Of a stretch of 64,000 nucleotides of DNA, positions 16,972 to 29,431 are shown piece by piece. This DNA is from Candidatus Latescibacterota bacterium. GTDB lineage: Bacteria > Latescibacterota > UBA2968 > UBA8231. The translations under genes and the position numbers were made by a program. The notes below the pieces were generated by a model. It had not been told where the DNA came from. It did not search any database and was given only the letters and a program-made list of their open reading frames with translations. How positions within the stretch are numbered: position 1 is the first letter of the stretch; every line of letters begins with the position of its first letter. The stretch is from assembly GCA_965219385.1 (NCBI GenBank), contig CBDCNM010000001.1:28976-92975 (forward strand), in the 5' to 3' direction.

Positions 16972-18082
16972 AGCCAGCGCATGACCAGGTCGCCGACGAT
17001 GTAGCCGGCAGCAGCCACGCCCATGCCCACGGCGAACATTTCCAGGCCGCTGCGCAGGAAGCGGCGCCCGGTGAAGATGCTCCGGGCGGCGCCCACGGCA
17101 AAGTGGGAGAGCATGGCCAGCGCGAACGAGAGCCAGATGGCTACGGATCCTTGTAAAAAGAGAAAGGGCGCCACCGGGATCAGGGCACGGCCACGGCCGT
17201 GGCCGTGCCGGTGATCCAGCCTTCCCTGAGAGGGGGGGTATGGGCCTCGCCAATGTGCAACTCTTCGCGGACCAGTTCGTCGAGCGCGCGTTCGGGTACC
17301 TGCATGGTCTCGGCCGCCAGCCGATGGGCTTGCTCTTCGGTCATGCCCTTGCTTTGATAAATCAGGGCCAGTTCCTTCTCCTCCACCTCGGGCATCAGGT
17401 GGAGCTCCTGCCTTTCGATGGCGATCTCGTGGGCGTAGACCTCTTGCTCGCTCTTGGCGGCCAGATAGCCCGAGGACCCCATGGAAAGAGCGTCCGCCAG
17501 GGTTCCGGCCAGACCGGTTGCCAGGATGATATGGTCGCTGGCCTGGGCGCCGATGACGCCGGCCACCAGGCCGAAGTTGGCGGTGAGGCCATCGTTGAAG
17601 CCGTAGACCACGTTGCGCAGGAAGCCGCCCGACTTGGTATGGTGCCAGGACTCCCCGGTAACGCCAGCCATCTTGCCTAGGGTTTCCGCGTGTTCGGCCG
17701 ATTCTTTGCCCAGGGTGCGGGCCGCGTCCCCGGCTGGACCCGCGGAATTCTGGCGATAGAGGTCCAGGTAGCTCATCACCTCCTGGCCCTCTTCGCGCAG
17801 GAGCAGGGGGAGTAGGATGGAAGGGCTGAAGCGGCGGGCGATCCAGGCGAGCAGGCGGGCCTGGAAGGAGGGCTGCGGCGGAGCCAGCTCGATATCGCGC
17901 TCGGCGAAGACCTTGTGCCACAGGGCGGTGTGGCGATCCTCGACGTCGGCGAGGCGGGAGTAGATTTCCCGGCGCCTGGGGTCGGGTTCGACCTCGGCGA
18001 GGACCCGGTAGAGGTAGGCGGCGTCGACCTCGTCTTCGAGGTGGTGGCGCCACAGGGCAATGTCGTCGGGGGTATCGTTCAT
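16968..18082 (-). pseudogene. Ferritin-like/VIT1 (CCC1) family Fe/Mn transporter gene interrupted by a 1-nt frameshift
   Basis: Frame A (track 17180..18235, real ATG at 18082, MNDTPDD...) ends ...WITGTATAVAVP*. The missing C-terminal TM helices (ALIPVAPFLFLQGSVAIWLSF...VGDLVMRWL) continue in another frame (track 16968..18053). The switch lies inside the 26-nt palindrome GGCACGGCCACGGCCGTGGCCGTGCC (about 17185..17210). Confidence 0.6.
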
Positions 18083-18112
18083 TGCCTCAATGTACTCAAA
18101 AATCTTTTTTCG

Positions 18113-18218
18113 GCAATAGACCAAGGAGGCCGGCCGCTCTTCAGGGCAGCACCTGAGGCGAGCCCGACCACCAGGGAAAGGTCGCTCCGCCGTCTGGGAC
18201 TCATAAAACGCCAGAGGC
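18113..18218 (-). repeat. Intergenic repeat family, copy 2 (truncated, about 106 bp)
   Basis: Near-identical to 11779..11884 (…GGAGGCCGGCCG…CACCTGAGGCGAGCCCGAC…AAAGGTCGCTC…CTGGGACTCATAAAACGCCAGAGGC). Lies about 30 nt upstream of the VIT1 ATG. Confidence 0.75.
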
Positions 18219-18311
18219 AATGTTACCTTAAACATTAAACATTATTCTTCCGGGAAGGATCTAAAGATTATGGTCGGAGCAACCAGGCTTTAATCTAGGC
18301 ATGAGGGAGAG

Positions 18312-19601
18312 ATGAAAAGATATATTTTGCTAGGATTTGTTGCCCTGGCCGCTGGGCTGGGCGGGTGCGGCGGCGAGGAAAAGAAAGAAGGCGGCAGAGG
18401 CTGGGGCGGCCAGGGGGGTAGTGGGTTGCCCGGAGGAGAGGCCGCCATCCCGGTGCGGGTCGCAGCGGTGGAGCGCGGCGATATTTCCGCCTATATCCAG
18501 ACCTATGCCCGGCTGGAGGCCGAACGCTGGATCAACGTGGTAGCCCGCGCCGCGGGATTGGTCACGGAACTCCGGGTAGAAGAAGGAGATCGGGTCGAGG
18601 AGGGGGAAATCCTGGTGCGGCTGGACGAGGAGGAGCTGGCTTTGCGGGTGGAACAGGTGGAGGTCCTCCTGGAGCAGGCCCGCGCCTCCCACGCGCGCAC
18701 CCAAGCCTTGCACGCGCGCGCCTTGGTCAGCGAGGAAGAGCTGGAGGCAGCCAGGCACCAGCTGGAAAATGCCCAGGTGAGCCTCAAGGAGGCTCGCCTG
18801 GACCTGGCCTACGCGGATGTCCGGGCGCCGATCTCGGGCGTGGTGATGTTGCGCTCGGTGGAGATGGGGGATATGGTGGGACTGAACCAGGAGATTTTCG
18901 CTCTGGCCGATCTGGAACCGCTGCTGGTGCGGATCCAGATCCCGGAGAAGCGCATGCACCAGATCCGGGTGGGGCAGGAAGCCAGAATCATCATTGATTC
19001 CCTGCCCGATACCTCCTTTACAGGCAAGGTGCGCATGATCAGTCCGCTGGTGGATCGGCAGAGCGGCACGGTCAAGGTCACCCTCGAAACGTCCGCCGCC
19101 GGCCTTTTGAAGCCGGGCATGTTCGCCTCGGTGCAGATCATTACCGCGCAGCACCCCCGGGCCCTGATCATCCCCAAGAAGGCCCTGGTCTTGGAGACGG
19201 ACGAGGACGATGTATTTGCCCTTGCAGAGAACAAGGCGCGCCGGGCGCGCGTCAAATTGGGGTTTGTCGAAGGGGACCGGGTGGAGGTGCTGGAGGGCCT
19301 GGCCGAGGGGGATCAGGTGATCACCGTGGGGCAGGAAGGGCTCAAGGATGGCCAGGCCGTGCGGATCGCGGGCCAGGAGGTACAGACTGGAGAGCTTGCC
19401 GAGCAGAAAGGTCCGGGCGCCCAGGACGATCCGGGGGCCGGGCGCTGGGGCCGGGGCGGATCCGGCGGCAAAGGCCTGCCCGATTCGGCGACCGTGGTAC
19501 AGCGGATGCAGGAGCGCCTCGGCCTGAGCGAGGCCGCGGCGATCGAGCAGTGGAAGAGGAGGAAACAACGCTTTGAACAACGCCAGAGCGAAAGCGATTG
19601 A
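18312..19601 (+). CDS. Efflux RND transporter periplasmic adaptor (MFP/HlyD family)
   Basis: Lipoprotein-like signal LAAGLGGC, coiled-coil hairpin region, VRAPISGVV lipoyl motif, beta-barrel domains. Directly followed by RND permeases. Confidence 0.9.
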   Translation: MKRYILLGFVALAAGLGGCGGEEKKEGGRGWGGQGGSGLPGGEAAIPVRVAAVERGDISAYIQTYARLEAERWINVVARAAGLVTELRVEEGDRVEEGEILVRLDEEELALRVEQVEVLLEQARASHARTQALHARALVSEEELEAARHQLENAQVSLKEARLDLAYADVRAPISGVVMLRSVEMGDMVGLNQEIFALADLEPLLVRIQIPEKRMHQIRVGQEARIIIDSLPDTSFTGKVRMISPLVDRQSGTVKVTLETSAAGLLKPGMFASVQIITAQHPRALIIPKKALVLETDEDDVFALAENKARRARVKLGFVEGDRVEVLEGLAEGDQVITVGQEGLKDGQAVRIAGQEVQTGELAEQKGPGAQDDPGAGRWGRGGSGGKGLPDSATVVQRMQERLGLSEAAAIEQWKRRKQRFEQRQSESD

Positions 19602-19604
19602 GCC

Positions 19605-22769
<3,165 letters not shown>

Positions 22770-22772
22770 CTT

Positions 22773-25700
22773 GTGAAACTGGCTGAATTCGCCGTAGATC
22801 GGCCCATTACCGTGATCATGATTACCCTGTGCCTGCTGGTGCTGGGCATGGTCTCCCTGGGGCGTTTGCCCCTGGAGCAACTGCCCACTATTTCCTCGTC
22901 CGGGGTTCGGGTCTCCGCGACCTACAAATCCACCTCGCCCGAAGAGGTGGAGCGCCGCATCACCCTGCCCCTCGAAGAGGTCCTGGCCACCCTGAATAAT
23001 ATCGAGTCCATCAGCTCCACTTCTTCCCCCAACAGCGGCTCCGTGCGGGTGGACTTCAAGGCCGGCACGGACATGGACCTGGCCAATATGGAAGTGCGGG
23101 AACGAGTGGACCAAGTGAGAGGGCTGCTGCCCGAGGACCTGGACCGGATCCGGATCTGGCGCTGGCAGAGCGACCAGCGGGCCATACTCTACGCCAGCAT
23201 GGGCTGGCGGGGGGAGGGCGACCGCCTCTTCGACATTGCCCGCAAGGTGGTAGAGCCGCGTTTGCTGCGGCTGGATGGGGTGGCCAATGTGACGGTGGAG
23301 GGCATGGATGAGAAGCAGTTGATCGTCGAGCTGGACCAGGAGCGCCTGGAGGCCAACCAGGTCTCCCTGCCGAGCCTGGGCTGGCAGGTGCGCACCAACA
23401 ACGTGAATACCTCCCTGGGCTGGGTTGTGGACGGGGGGCAGCGCTACATGGTCCGGACCCTGGGAGAATTTGCCACCGTAGATGAAATCGGCCGCTTGCC
23501 CCTGATCGGTCGCAGTATCCGCCTGGAGGATGTGGGGGATGTGGTCTACGCCTACCCGGAGAAAAAGCGCTACGAACGGCTCAACGGCATGGACGCCGTA
23601 ACCGTGGAGGTGTTCAAGGCCCCCACGGCAAACGTGGTGGAAGTGGCCGACAGGGTGCGCCAGACCCTGGAACAAATCGAAACCGAGTACGGCGGGCAAC
23701 TCGAAATCGAGGTCGTCCGCGACCGCGCCGCGAGCGTGCTGCGGGAGGTGGACAACCTGAAGACGGCGGCTTTTATGGGCGCCTTCCTGGCCGTGGGCAT
23801 CATCTTCTTCTTCCTGAGGAATATCCGCAGTACCCTGGTCATTGCCGTGTCCATTCCAACCGCGGCGGTGTGCGTGTTTACCGGCATGTACCTGGCGCGC
23901 GAGTTCTTCGGCTCCACCATCACGCTCAACATGGTCTCCATGATGGGGCTGATGCTGGCCGTGGGCATGCTGATGGACCCGGCCGTGGTGGTGCTGGAAA
24001 GCATCTTCCGCAAGCGCGAGGAAGAGGATAGCGGGCCGCGCCAAGCCGCCCTGAGCGGCAGCAAAGAAGTGGGCATGGCCGTGGTCGCCTCTTCCCTGAC
24101 GACCATGTGCGTGTTCGTCCCTTTCTTCTTCCTCTCCGACAGTCGCACGACCCGGTGGTTGGGCGATGCGGGCATGAGCATCTGCCTGGCCGTTGTCGTG
24201 TCCATGGTGGTATCGCTTTCGGTCATTCCCCTGGCCACTTCCAGGCTGTTCAAGAAAGACTACGCCCGCTTCGATCCATGGCTGAAGAGGATGGTTGCGC
24301 TGGCGCTGCTGGCTACGGCCGGCTGGGTCCTCTACAGTACAGGTTGGGAAGAAAGTCGGGTCTGGGCGAGCCGCTGGCTGGAGCGCATCGGCGCCTCCTT
24401 CGCGGGCCTGGAGTGGACCCTGACCGATGGCCTAGCCGCGATCCTCGTGGTCCTGGGGCTGCTTGGGTGGAGGATGCTCTTCAAAGGAGAGTATCGCCGC
24501 TTCGCACCCTGGCATGGAGCCGGAGCCCTGGCGCTGCTGGTGGGCCTAGTCGGATGGGAGGGGTACGGCGCGGGCTGGCAGGCTGTATCGGAAGGGGCCT
24601 TCGGCGGGCTGGAGGGCCTGGCCGTTTTGCTGGAGGAGGAGGGTTGGAGGTGGATCCTCGCCGAGTGGAAGAGCGCGGCGAGCCTGCTGCTTTTAGCGGC
24701 CCTTCTGTGGAGGTTCCGCCGCTACTGGCCGCTGCTGGCCTCAACCGCCTTGTTGAGTGCGGGGGTTTACTTTGGACTGCTGACCGCGTCGGCGCAGGTC
24801 GCGCTGGTGGTTCTGTTGCTCTTGTCCGGGATAGGGTGGAGCTTTCGCCGCTACGGGATGCGTCGCTCCTACGCGAACCTGCTCAACTTGACCCTGGATC
24901 ACCGGACCGACATCCTGCTGATCACGGGCGCCCTGGTGGTCTTGAGCCTGCACCTTTTCGGACAAATCGAGCAGCGCGGCACTCCCTGGACGCCGGAGCG
25001 CCGGGTGGATGTCAGCGTGGAGGTGGACAGGAGCTATAGTCTGGAAGAAGTGCGGGCGATGTTCGAGGAGATGGAGCGGATGATCCTGGCGCACAAGGAG
25101 GAGCTGGACGTGGAATCTCTGTCGAGCAATTTCCGTCAGCGGCGCGGGCGCCTGACCGTGCGTCTGGTGGATGCGGACGACGGCCGGCTGTCCACCATGG
25201 AGGCCACCAACGCCATCAAGAAACGCCTGCCCGAGAAGGTGGGGGTCAAGTACAAGATGGGGCGGACCCGGAGCTGGGCCGGGCGCACCATGGGGGTGGA
25301 GGTCCAGCTCCGCGGCCGGGATGCCGAAGTGCTGGAGGTCCTGACCGAGGAGGTGGGGACCCAGCTGGCTCGCCTGCCCGGAGTGCAGGACGTGGACAGC
25401 AGCCTGGAGGAGGGCGAGGAGGAGATCCGGGTTCGGGTGGACCGGGAACAGGCCCTCGGTTACGGGCTTTCGCCCCAGGAGATAGGCAGCACCATAGCCA
25501 CGGCTCTGGGTACCCGGCGCACCACCTCTTTCAAGACCCAGGACCGGGAAATCGATGTGGTGCTGCAGCTGGAGAAAGCGGATCGGTTGAACCTGGAGCA
25601 GCTGCAAAACAGCCGCTTCGAGGGCCGCGACGGCACTCCGATCCAGCTGGCCAGCCTGGCGGATTTTCGCCTCCAGGAAGGTCCCAGGAATCTCCAGCGC

Positions 25701-26402
25701 GAGGATCGGCAGCTCACGGTCACGGTCTTTGCCAATACCAAAAGCCGCCAGCAGGCCTACGGGCTGACGAACCAAGTCAAACAGATGATGGGCACGGTGG
25801 CCCTGCCGCCGGGGTATTCCTGGGACCTGGGCCGTCAGGCCCGCTGGATGCAACAGGACACCCGGGACAGCAATTTCACCCTGATCTTCGCCCTGTTGCT
25901 GATCTATCTGATCATGGCCTCGCTCTTCGAATCGCTGATCCATCCCTTCACCATCATGCTGGCCATTCCCTTTTCCGTGATCGGCGTGGCCCTGGGTCTT
26001 TATGCCCTGGATGTCCCCATGGACAACAACGCCACGCTCGGGTTGCTGATCCTGTTCGGGATTGTGGTGAACAACGGGATCGTGCTGATCGATCACATCA
26101 ACCACTACCGGCGCGAGGGTCTGGAGCGGCGCCTGGCCATTGTGCGCGGCGGCCAGAACCGGATGCGCCCGATTTTGATGACGGCTTCCACCACCATCCT
26201 GAACCTGATGCCTCTGGTCCTGCCGATGATCTACGGCACGGCCGAGGGGTTTGCCAAGCGCTGGGGGCCGGTGGGGCTGGTGGTGGTCTGCGGCTTGACC
26301 ACGTCCACCTTTCTGACCTTGATTCTGGCGCCCACCCTCTACTCCTTGCTGGACGATGTGGCGCTGTGGGCGCGGCGGGTGATGAGGACGGCGCGGGGTT
26401 GA
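22773..26402 (+). CDS. Efflux RND permease, subunit 2, with an approximately 190-aa repetitive hydrophobic insertion between TM6 and TM7
   Basis: 1209 aa, GTG start 3 nt after the previous stop. RND hallmarks at both ends. Extra segment roughly residues 490-690 (KKDYARFDPW..., KGEYRRFAPW..., RFRRYWPLL..., SFRRYGMRRSY). Confidence 0.85.
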   Translation: MKLAEFAVDRPITVIMITLCLLVLGMVSLGRLPLEQLPTISSSGVRVSATYKSTSPEEVERRITLPLEEVLATLNNIESISSTSSPNSGSVRVDFKAGTDMDLANMEVRERVDQVRGLLPEDLDRIRIWRWQSDQRAILYASMGWRGEGDRLFDIARKVVEPRLLRLDGVANVTVEGMDEKQLIVELDQERLEANQVSLPSLGWQVRTNNVNTSLGWVVDGGQRYMVRTLGEFATVDEIGRLPLIGRSIRLEDVGDVVYAYPEKKRYERLNGMDAVTVEVFKAPTANVVEVADRVRQTLEQIETEYGGQLEIEVVRDRAASVLREVDNLKTAAFMGAFLAVGIIFFFLRNIRSTLVIAVSIPTAAVCVFTGMYLAREFFGSTITLNMVSMMGLMLAVGMLMDPAVVVLESIFRKREEEDSGPRQAALSGSKEVGMAVVASSLTTMCVFVPFFFLSDSRTTRWLGDAGMSICLAVVVSMVVSLSVIPLATSRLFKKDYARFDPWLKRMVALALLATAGWVLYSTGWEESRVWASRWLERIGASFAGLEWTLTDGLAAILVVLGLLGWRMLFKGEYRRFAPWHGAGALALLVGLVGWEGYGAGWQAVSEGAFGGLEGLAVLLEEEGWRWILAEWKSAASLLLLAALLWRFRRYWPLLASTALLSAGVYFGLLTASAQVALVVLLLLSGIGWSFRRYGMRRSYANLLNLTLDHRTDILLITGALVVLSLHLFGQIEQRGTPWTPERRVDVSVEVDRSYSLEEVRAMFEEMERMILAHKEELDVESLSSNFRQRRGRLTVRLVDADDGRLSTMEATNAIKKRLPEKVGVKYKMGRTRSWAGRTMGVEVQLRGRDAEVLEVLTEEVGTQLARLPGVQDVDSSLEEGEEEIRVRVDREQALGYGLSPQEIGSTIATALGTRRTTSFKTQDREIDVVLQLEKADRLNLEQLQNSRFEGRDGTPIQLASLADFRLQEGPRNLQREDRQLTVTVFANTKSRQQAYGLTNQVKQMMGTVALPPGYSWDLGRQARWMQQDTRDSNFTLIFALLLIYLIMASLFESLIHPFTIMLAIPFSVIGVALGLYALDVPMDNNATLGLLILFGIVVNNGIVLIDHINHYRREGLERRLAIVRGGQNRMRPILMTASTTILNLMPLVLPMIYGTAEGFAKRWGPVGLVVVCGLTTSTFLTLILAPTLYSLLDDVALWARRVMRTARG

Positions 26403-26428
26403 CAGTGGGCGGTCAGGAGGGGACCTGG

Positions 26429-26596
26429 CCTGTAGCGTTTTACGAGTCCCAGATGGCTAACCGGTCTTTTTTCACCGTCTGAGTCTATTGCAGTTGACCC
26501 AGTGAATTTCGGCAGGGTTCCTTGTCTATTCCTCAACTCCACCCCCCCCACAAAACGCCGCCGGCAAAATCCCCTCCTGGCCTCAAACGGCGCATG
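26429..26596 (+). repeat. Intergenic repeat family, copy 3 (about 168 bp, full length, opposite strand to copies 1 and 2)
   Basis: GCCTGTAGCGTTTTACGAGTCCCAGATGG...GTCTATTCC...CCCCCCCCACAAAACGCCGCCGGCAAAATCCCC...GGCGCATG. Both ends match the reverse complement of copy 1; the middle has diverged. Confidence 0.7.
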
Positions 26597-26654
26597 TACG
26601 CTATCTTGTGATTGATTGCCGCTTTTCCATGTTTTTTCTCGATGGGGACCTCAT

Positions 26655-28007
26655 ATGATACGATCGAGCCTTCTTTTGCTGTTGCTGTTGCCTGCCGGGC
26701 TGGCAGCCCAACCCTTGACTCTGGAGCAGTGCATAAAACGGGCGCTCAAACAGAATACCGGTGTCCTGGTCGCCGAGCAGAGTCTGCGGCGCTCCGAAGC
26801 CGATGTGAAGTCGGCCCGGTCCAGCCGCCTGCCCTCGGCCAACGCCACCCTCTTCGGATTCGGGCGTTCGCGCACGGGGCCCGCCGTCAGGATCCAGGAA
26901 AACCCCACGGGCGAGCTTGATTCCGATACCGGCCAGCGGATTTTCCAGGAGGAGAAAACCCGCATCCCGGCCATAGATCGAAATTCCTATTCCTTCAGCG
27001 CCTCGCTGAGCCACACCTTCTACGATGCCGGGCGCCGGGCCAACGACCACAAGGCAGCGCGCCACAACCTGGATAGTTCGGAGAGCAACTTCCAGGCGCG
27101 CCGGGCAGAAGTGGTGGCCAGTGTGAAACGACGCTACTACGAGTTGCTCAAGGCCGCGGAGCTGGTGCAGGTCCAGGAAGAGTCGTTGAAGCTGAGTGAA
27201 AAACAGCTGGAGAACGCCCGGGTCCGGCTGCAGGTGGGATCGGGCACGGAAGTGGATGTGCTGCGGCTCCAGGTGGCCCTGGACAATGCGCAATCGCAGT
27301 TGATCAATGCGGAGCAGGGCGTGTTCCTGGGCAAGGCGCAGTTGAACCACGTCATGGGAGAGGATGTGCGCGCTCCTCTGAAGGTGGCGCGGCTGCAGGA
27401 AGTAGAGTGGAAAATGCCGGTGGCGCAGGACAGCCTTCCCAAAATCGTGGCTCGGGTTGCGACGCGCAACCCCGCCCTGCAAAGCCTGAACCAGGCGGTG
27501 GTGGCTTCCGAGTACAACCTGAAGGCGGCCCGGGCCGCCTGGTACCCCCGGGTGTCGGGCAGCCTCAGCTACAGCCGCAACAACGAGGTATTCGACCGGG
27601 TCTACCAGGACCTGGACCAGAACTATCGCCTGAACCTGGGGATGTCCCTGACCTACAACATGTTCGACGGGGGCCTCAGACAGGCCAATATAGACCGTTC
27701 CTGGGTGGCCCTCGAAAGCGCCCGGATGAACGCCAGGCAACAGGAGCGGGAAATCGCCTTGCAGATCGAGACGGCGTACCTGGAACTGGTCCGTCTGGAG
27801 AAAATCCTGCGCCTGGGCGAGCGCACCGTGAAACTGGCCGAGGAGGATCTGCGGCTGGCCGAGGAGCGCTACCGGGTGGGCAAAGGACGGCTCCTGGAGG
27901 TGCTCGACGCCCACGTGGGTTTCACCGAGGCGCGCAGCAACCTGGTGCGGACCCGCTACGATTTGAAGATCGCCGAGGCCGATCTGGAGTACCTGACAGG
28001 AGGGTAG
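26655..28007 (+). CDS. TolC-family outer membrane efflux protein
   Basis: ATG 26655 gives the signal MIRSSLLLLLLLPAGLAAQ. Two TolC-type repeats. Last gene of the MFP-RND-RND operon. Confidence 0.85.
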   Translation: MIRSSLLLLLLLPAGLAAQPLTLEQCIKRALKQNTGVLVAEQSLRRSEADVKSARSSRLPSANATLFGFGRSRTGPAVRIQENPTGELDSDTGQRIFQEEKTRIPAIDRNSYSFSASLSHTFYDAGRRANDHKAARHNLDSSESNFQARRAEVVASVKRRYYELLKAAELVQVQEESLKLSEKQLENARVRLQVGSGTEVDVLRLQVALDNAQSQLINAEQGVFLGKAQLNHVMGEDVRAPLKVARLQEVEWKMPVAQDSLPKIVARVATRNPALQSLNQAVVASEYNLKAARAAWYPRVSGSLSYSRNNEVFDRVYQDLDQNYRLNLGMSLTYNMFDGGLRQANIDRSWVALESARMNARQQEREIALQIETAYLELVRLEKILRLGERTVKLAEEDLRLAEERYRVGKGRLLEVLDAHVGFTEARSNLVRTRYDLKIAEADLEYLTGG

Positions 28008-28031
28008 TAGGCGCGACAAACTGGAGCTAAA

Positions 28032-28070
28032 CAAGGGGCCGGTCGTCGGGAGACAACCGGCCCCTTGTTT
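28032..28070 (+). terminator. Rho-independent terminator after the TolC gene
   Basis: 12-bp perfect stem CAAGGGGCCGGT/ACCGGCCCCTTG (28032..28043 and 28056..28067) followed by TTT. Confidence 0.8.
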
Positions 28071-28169
28071 GGGCGCTACGTTGCCCGGAAGAGGGGAAAG
28101 GGTTAGATTGTTTTTTGTAGATTGAAGGCACGTTCGCCTTCGTGAATTCTGATACCTAGGTAACGGTTC

Positions 28170-29420
28170 ATGGAAATACTAGGCGGGCCCCTCTTCGGGG
28201 TGGCAGGAGCCGGCGAGTCGCACGGGCCGGCCATCACAGCCATTGTATTCGGCTGTCCTCCCGGCCTTGAGATAGAACGCTCCGAGGTGCAAAGCTACCT
28301 GGACCGGCGCAAGCCGGGCAGCAACAAGCATGGCACCCCACGCCGTGAGGAGGACCAGGTCGTCTTTGTCTCGGGGCTCTACGCCGAGAACCACGATGAG
28401 TTGCTTGCCGGCCCCGAAATTCAGGTCGGGAGCGGAGAAGAGGGAAGCGGGGTCCGGTCCTATGGAAAAGGCTACACCACCGGCGAACCCATCGCCGCGC
28501 TGGTGCTCTCGGCCGCCAGGCGCTCGGAGGACTACGCCCAGTTCGCCGGCCCGCGGGGGGAGGTCCGGCCCGGGCATACCGACCTGGTGAAGCACTACAA
28601 GTCCGCAGGGTTCGCGGATGTGCGGGGGGGCGGGCGCTCCAGCTACCGGTCGACCATTTCGGATGTGATTGGCGGATCCATCGCCCGCCTTTTCCTGGCA
28701 GAGCACTTCGGCACCGCCATTCTGTCTTCGATTTACCAGGTGGGGCCCCTGCAGACCGCCTGCCGACTGGCGGATCGGGTCGAAGAACTGATGGGCAAGA
28801 CCGGGAACAGCCGCCTGTCCCCAGAGCAGGTTCGACAGCTCGAGAACAAGCTGGAAGCGGCCGAGATCCACGCCTTGGACGCGGACTTCGCTGCCCGGGC
28901 CGGAGAGTTGATCAAGGCCACCCGCAAACAGGGCGACTCCCTGGGGGCGGCCCTAGAGGTGGTGGCGGTGCAGGTTCCGCCGCTGGCGGGCGAACCCCTG
29001 TACCAGAGCTTGAAGCTGCGCTTGATGGGCGCTCTGGGGGGCCTGCACGCGGTGCAGTCCTGCGAGATCGGCTCGGGTCTGGAGGTGGTGGAGCGCCGGG
29101 GCAGCGAGAATAATGATCCCATTCGCCACAGCGGCTACCAGAGCAATCGCCACGGCGGCTTGCTGGGCGGCGTCACCACGGGGATGCCACTGGTTTTTCG
29201 GGTGGGCTTCAAACCCACTTCCACGATTGCCCGGCCCCAGCAATCCGTGCGCAAGAATCTGGAAGATATCGAGTTTGAACTGAAGAAGGGCAGGCACGAT
29301 CCGTGCGTGGGGGTGCGCGCCGGGGTCACGCTGGAGTCGCGTCTGGCGATCGAATTGATGAACGCGGTCCTGATGCACCAGGCGGGACGGATCGATGAAA
29401 ATGATTTTAAGATTTTCTAG
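28170..29420 (+). CDS. Chorismate synthase-like protein (divergent, 416 aa)
   Basis: GAGESHGPAITAIVFGCPPG, LDRRKPGSNKHGTPRREEDQV, GGGRSSYRST and GRHDPCVGVRAG correspond to the three chorismate-synthase signature regions. Each carries substitutions (e.g. SYR instead of S[AG]R), and there is an internal insertion. Confidence 0.7.
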   Translation: MEILGGPLFGVAGAGESHGPAITAIVFGCPPGLEIERSEVQSYLDRRKPGSNKHGTPRREEDQVVFVSGLYAENHDELLAGPEIQVGSGEEGSGVRSYGKGYTTGEPIAALVLSAARRSEDYAQFAGPRGEVRPGHTDLVKHYKSAGFADVRGGGRSSYRSTISDVIGGSIARLFLAEHFGTAILSSIYQVGPLQTACRLADRVEELMGKTGNSRLSPEQVRQLENKLEAAEIHALDADFAARAGELIKATRKQGDSLGAALEVVAVQVPPLAGEPLYQSLKLRLMGALGGLHAVQSCEIGSGLEVVERRGSENNDPIRHSGYQSNRHGGLLGGVTTGMPLVFRVGFKPTSTIARPQQSVRKNLEDIEFELKKGRHDPCVGVRAGVTLESRLAIELMNAVLMHQAGRIDENDFKIF

Positions 29421-29431
29421 AGAACAAACCC

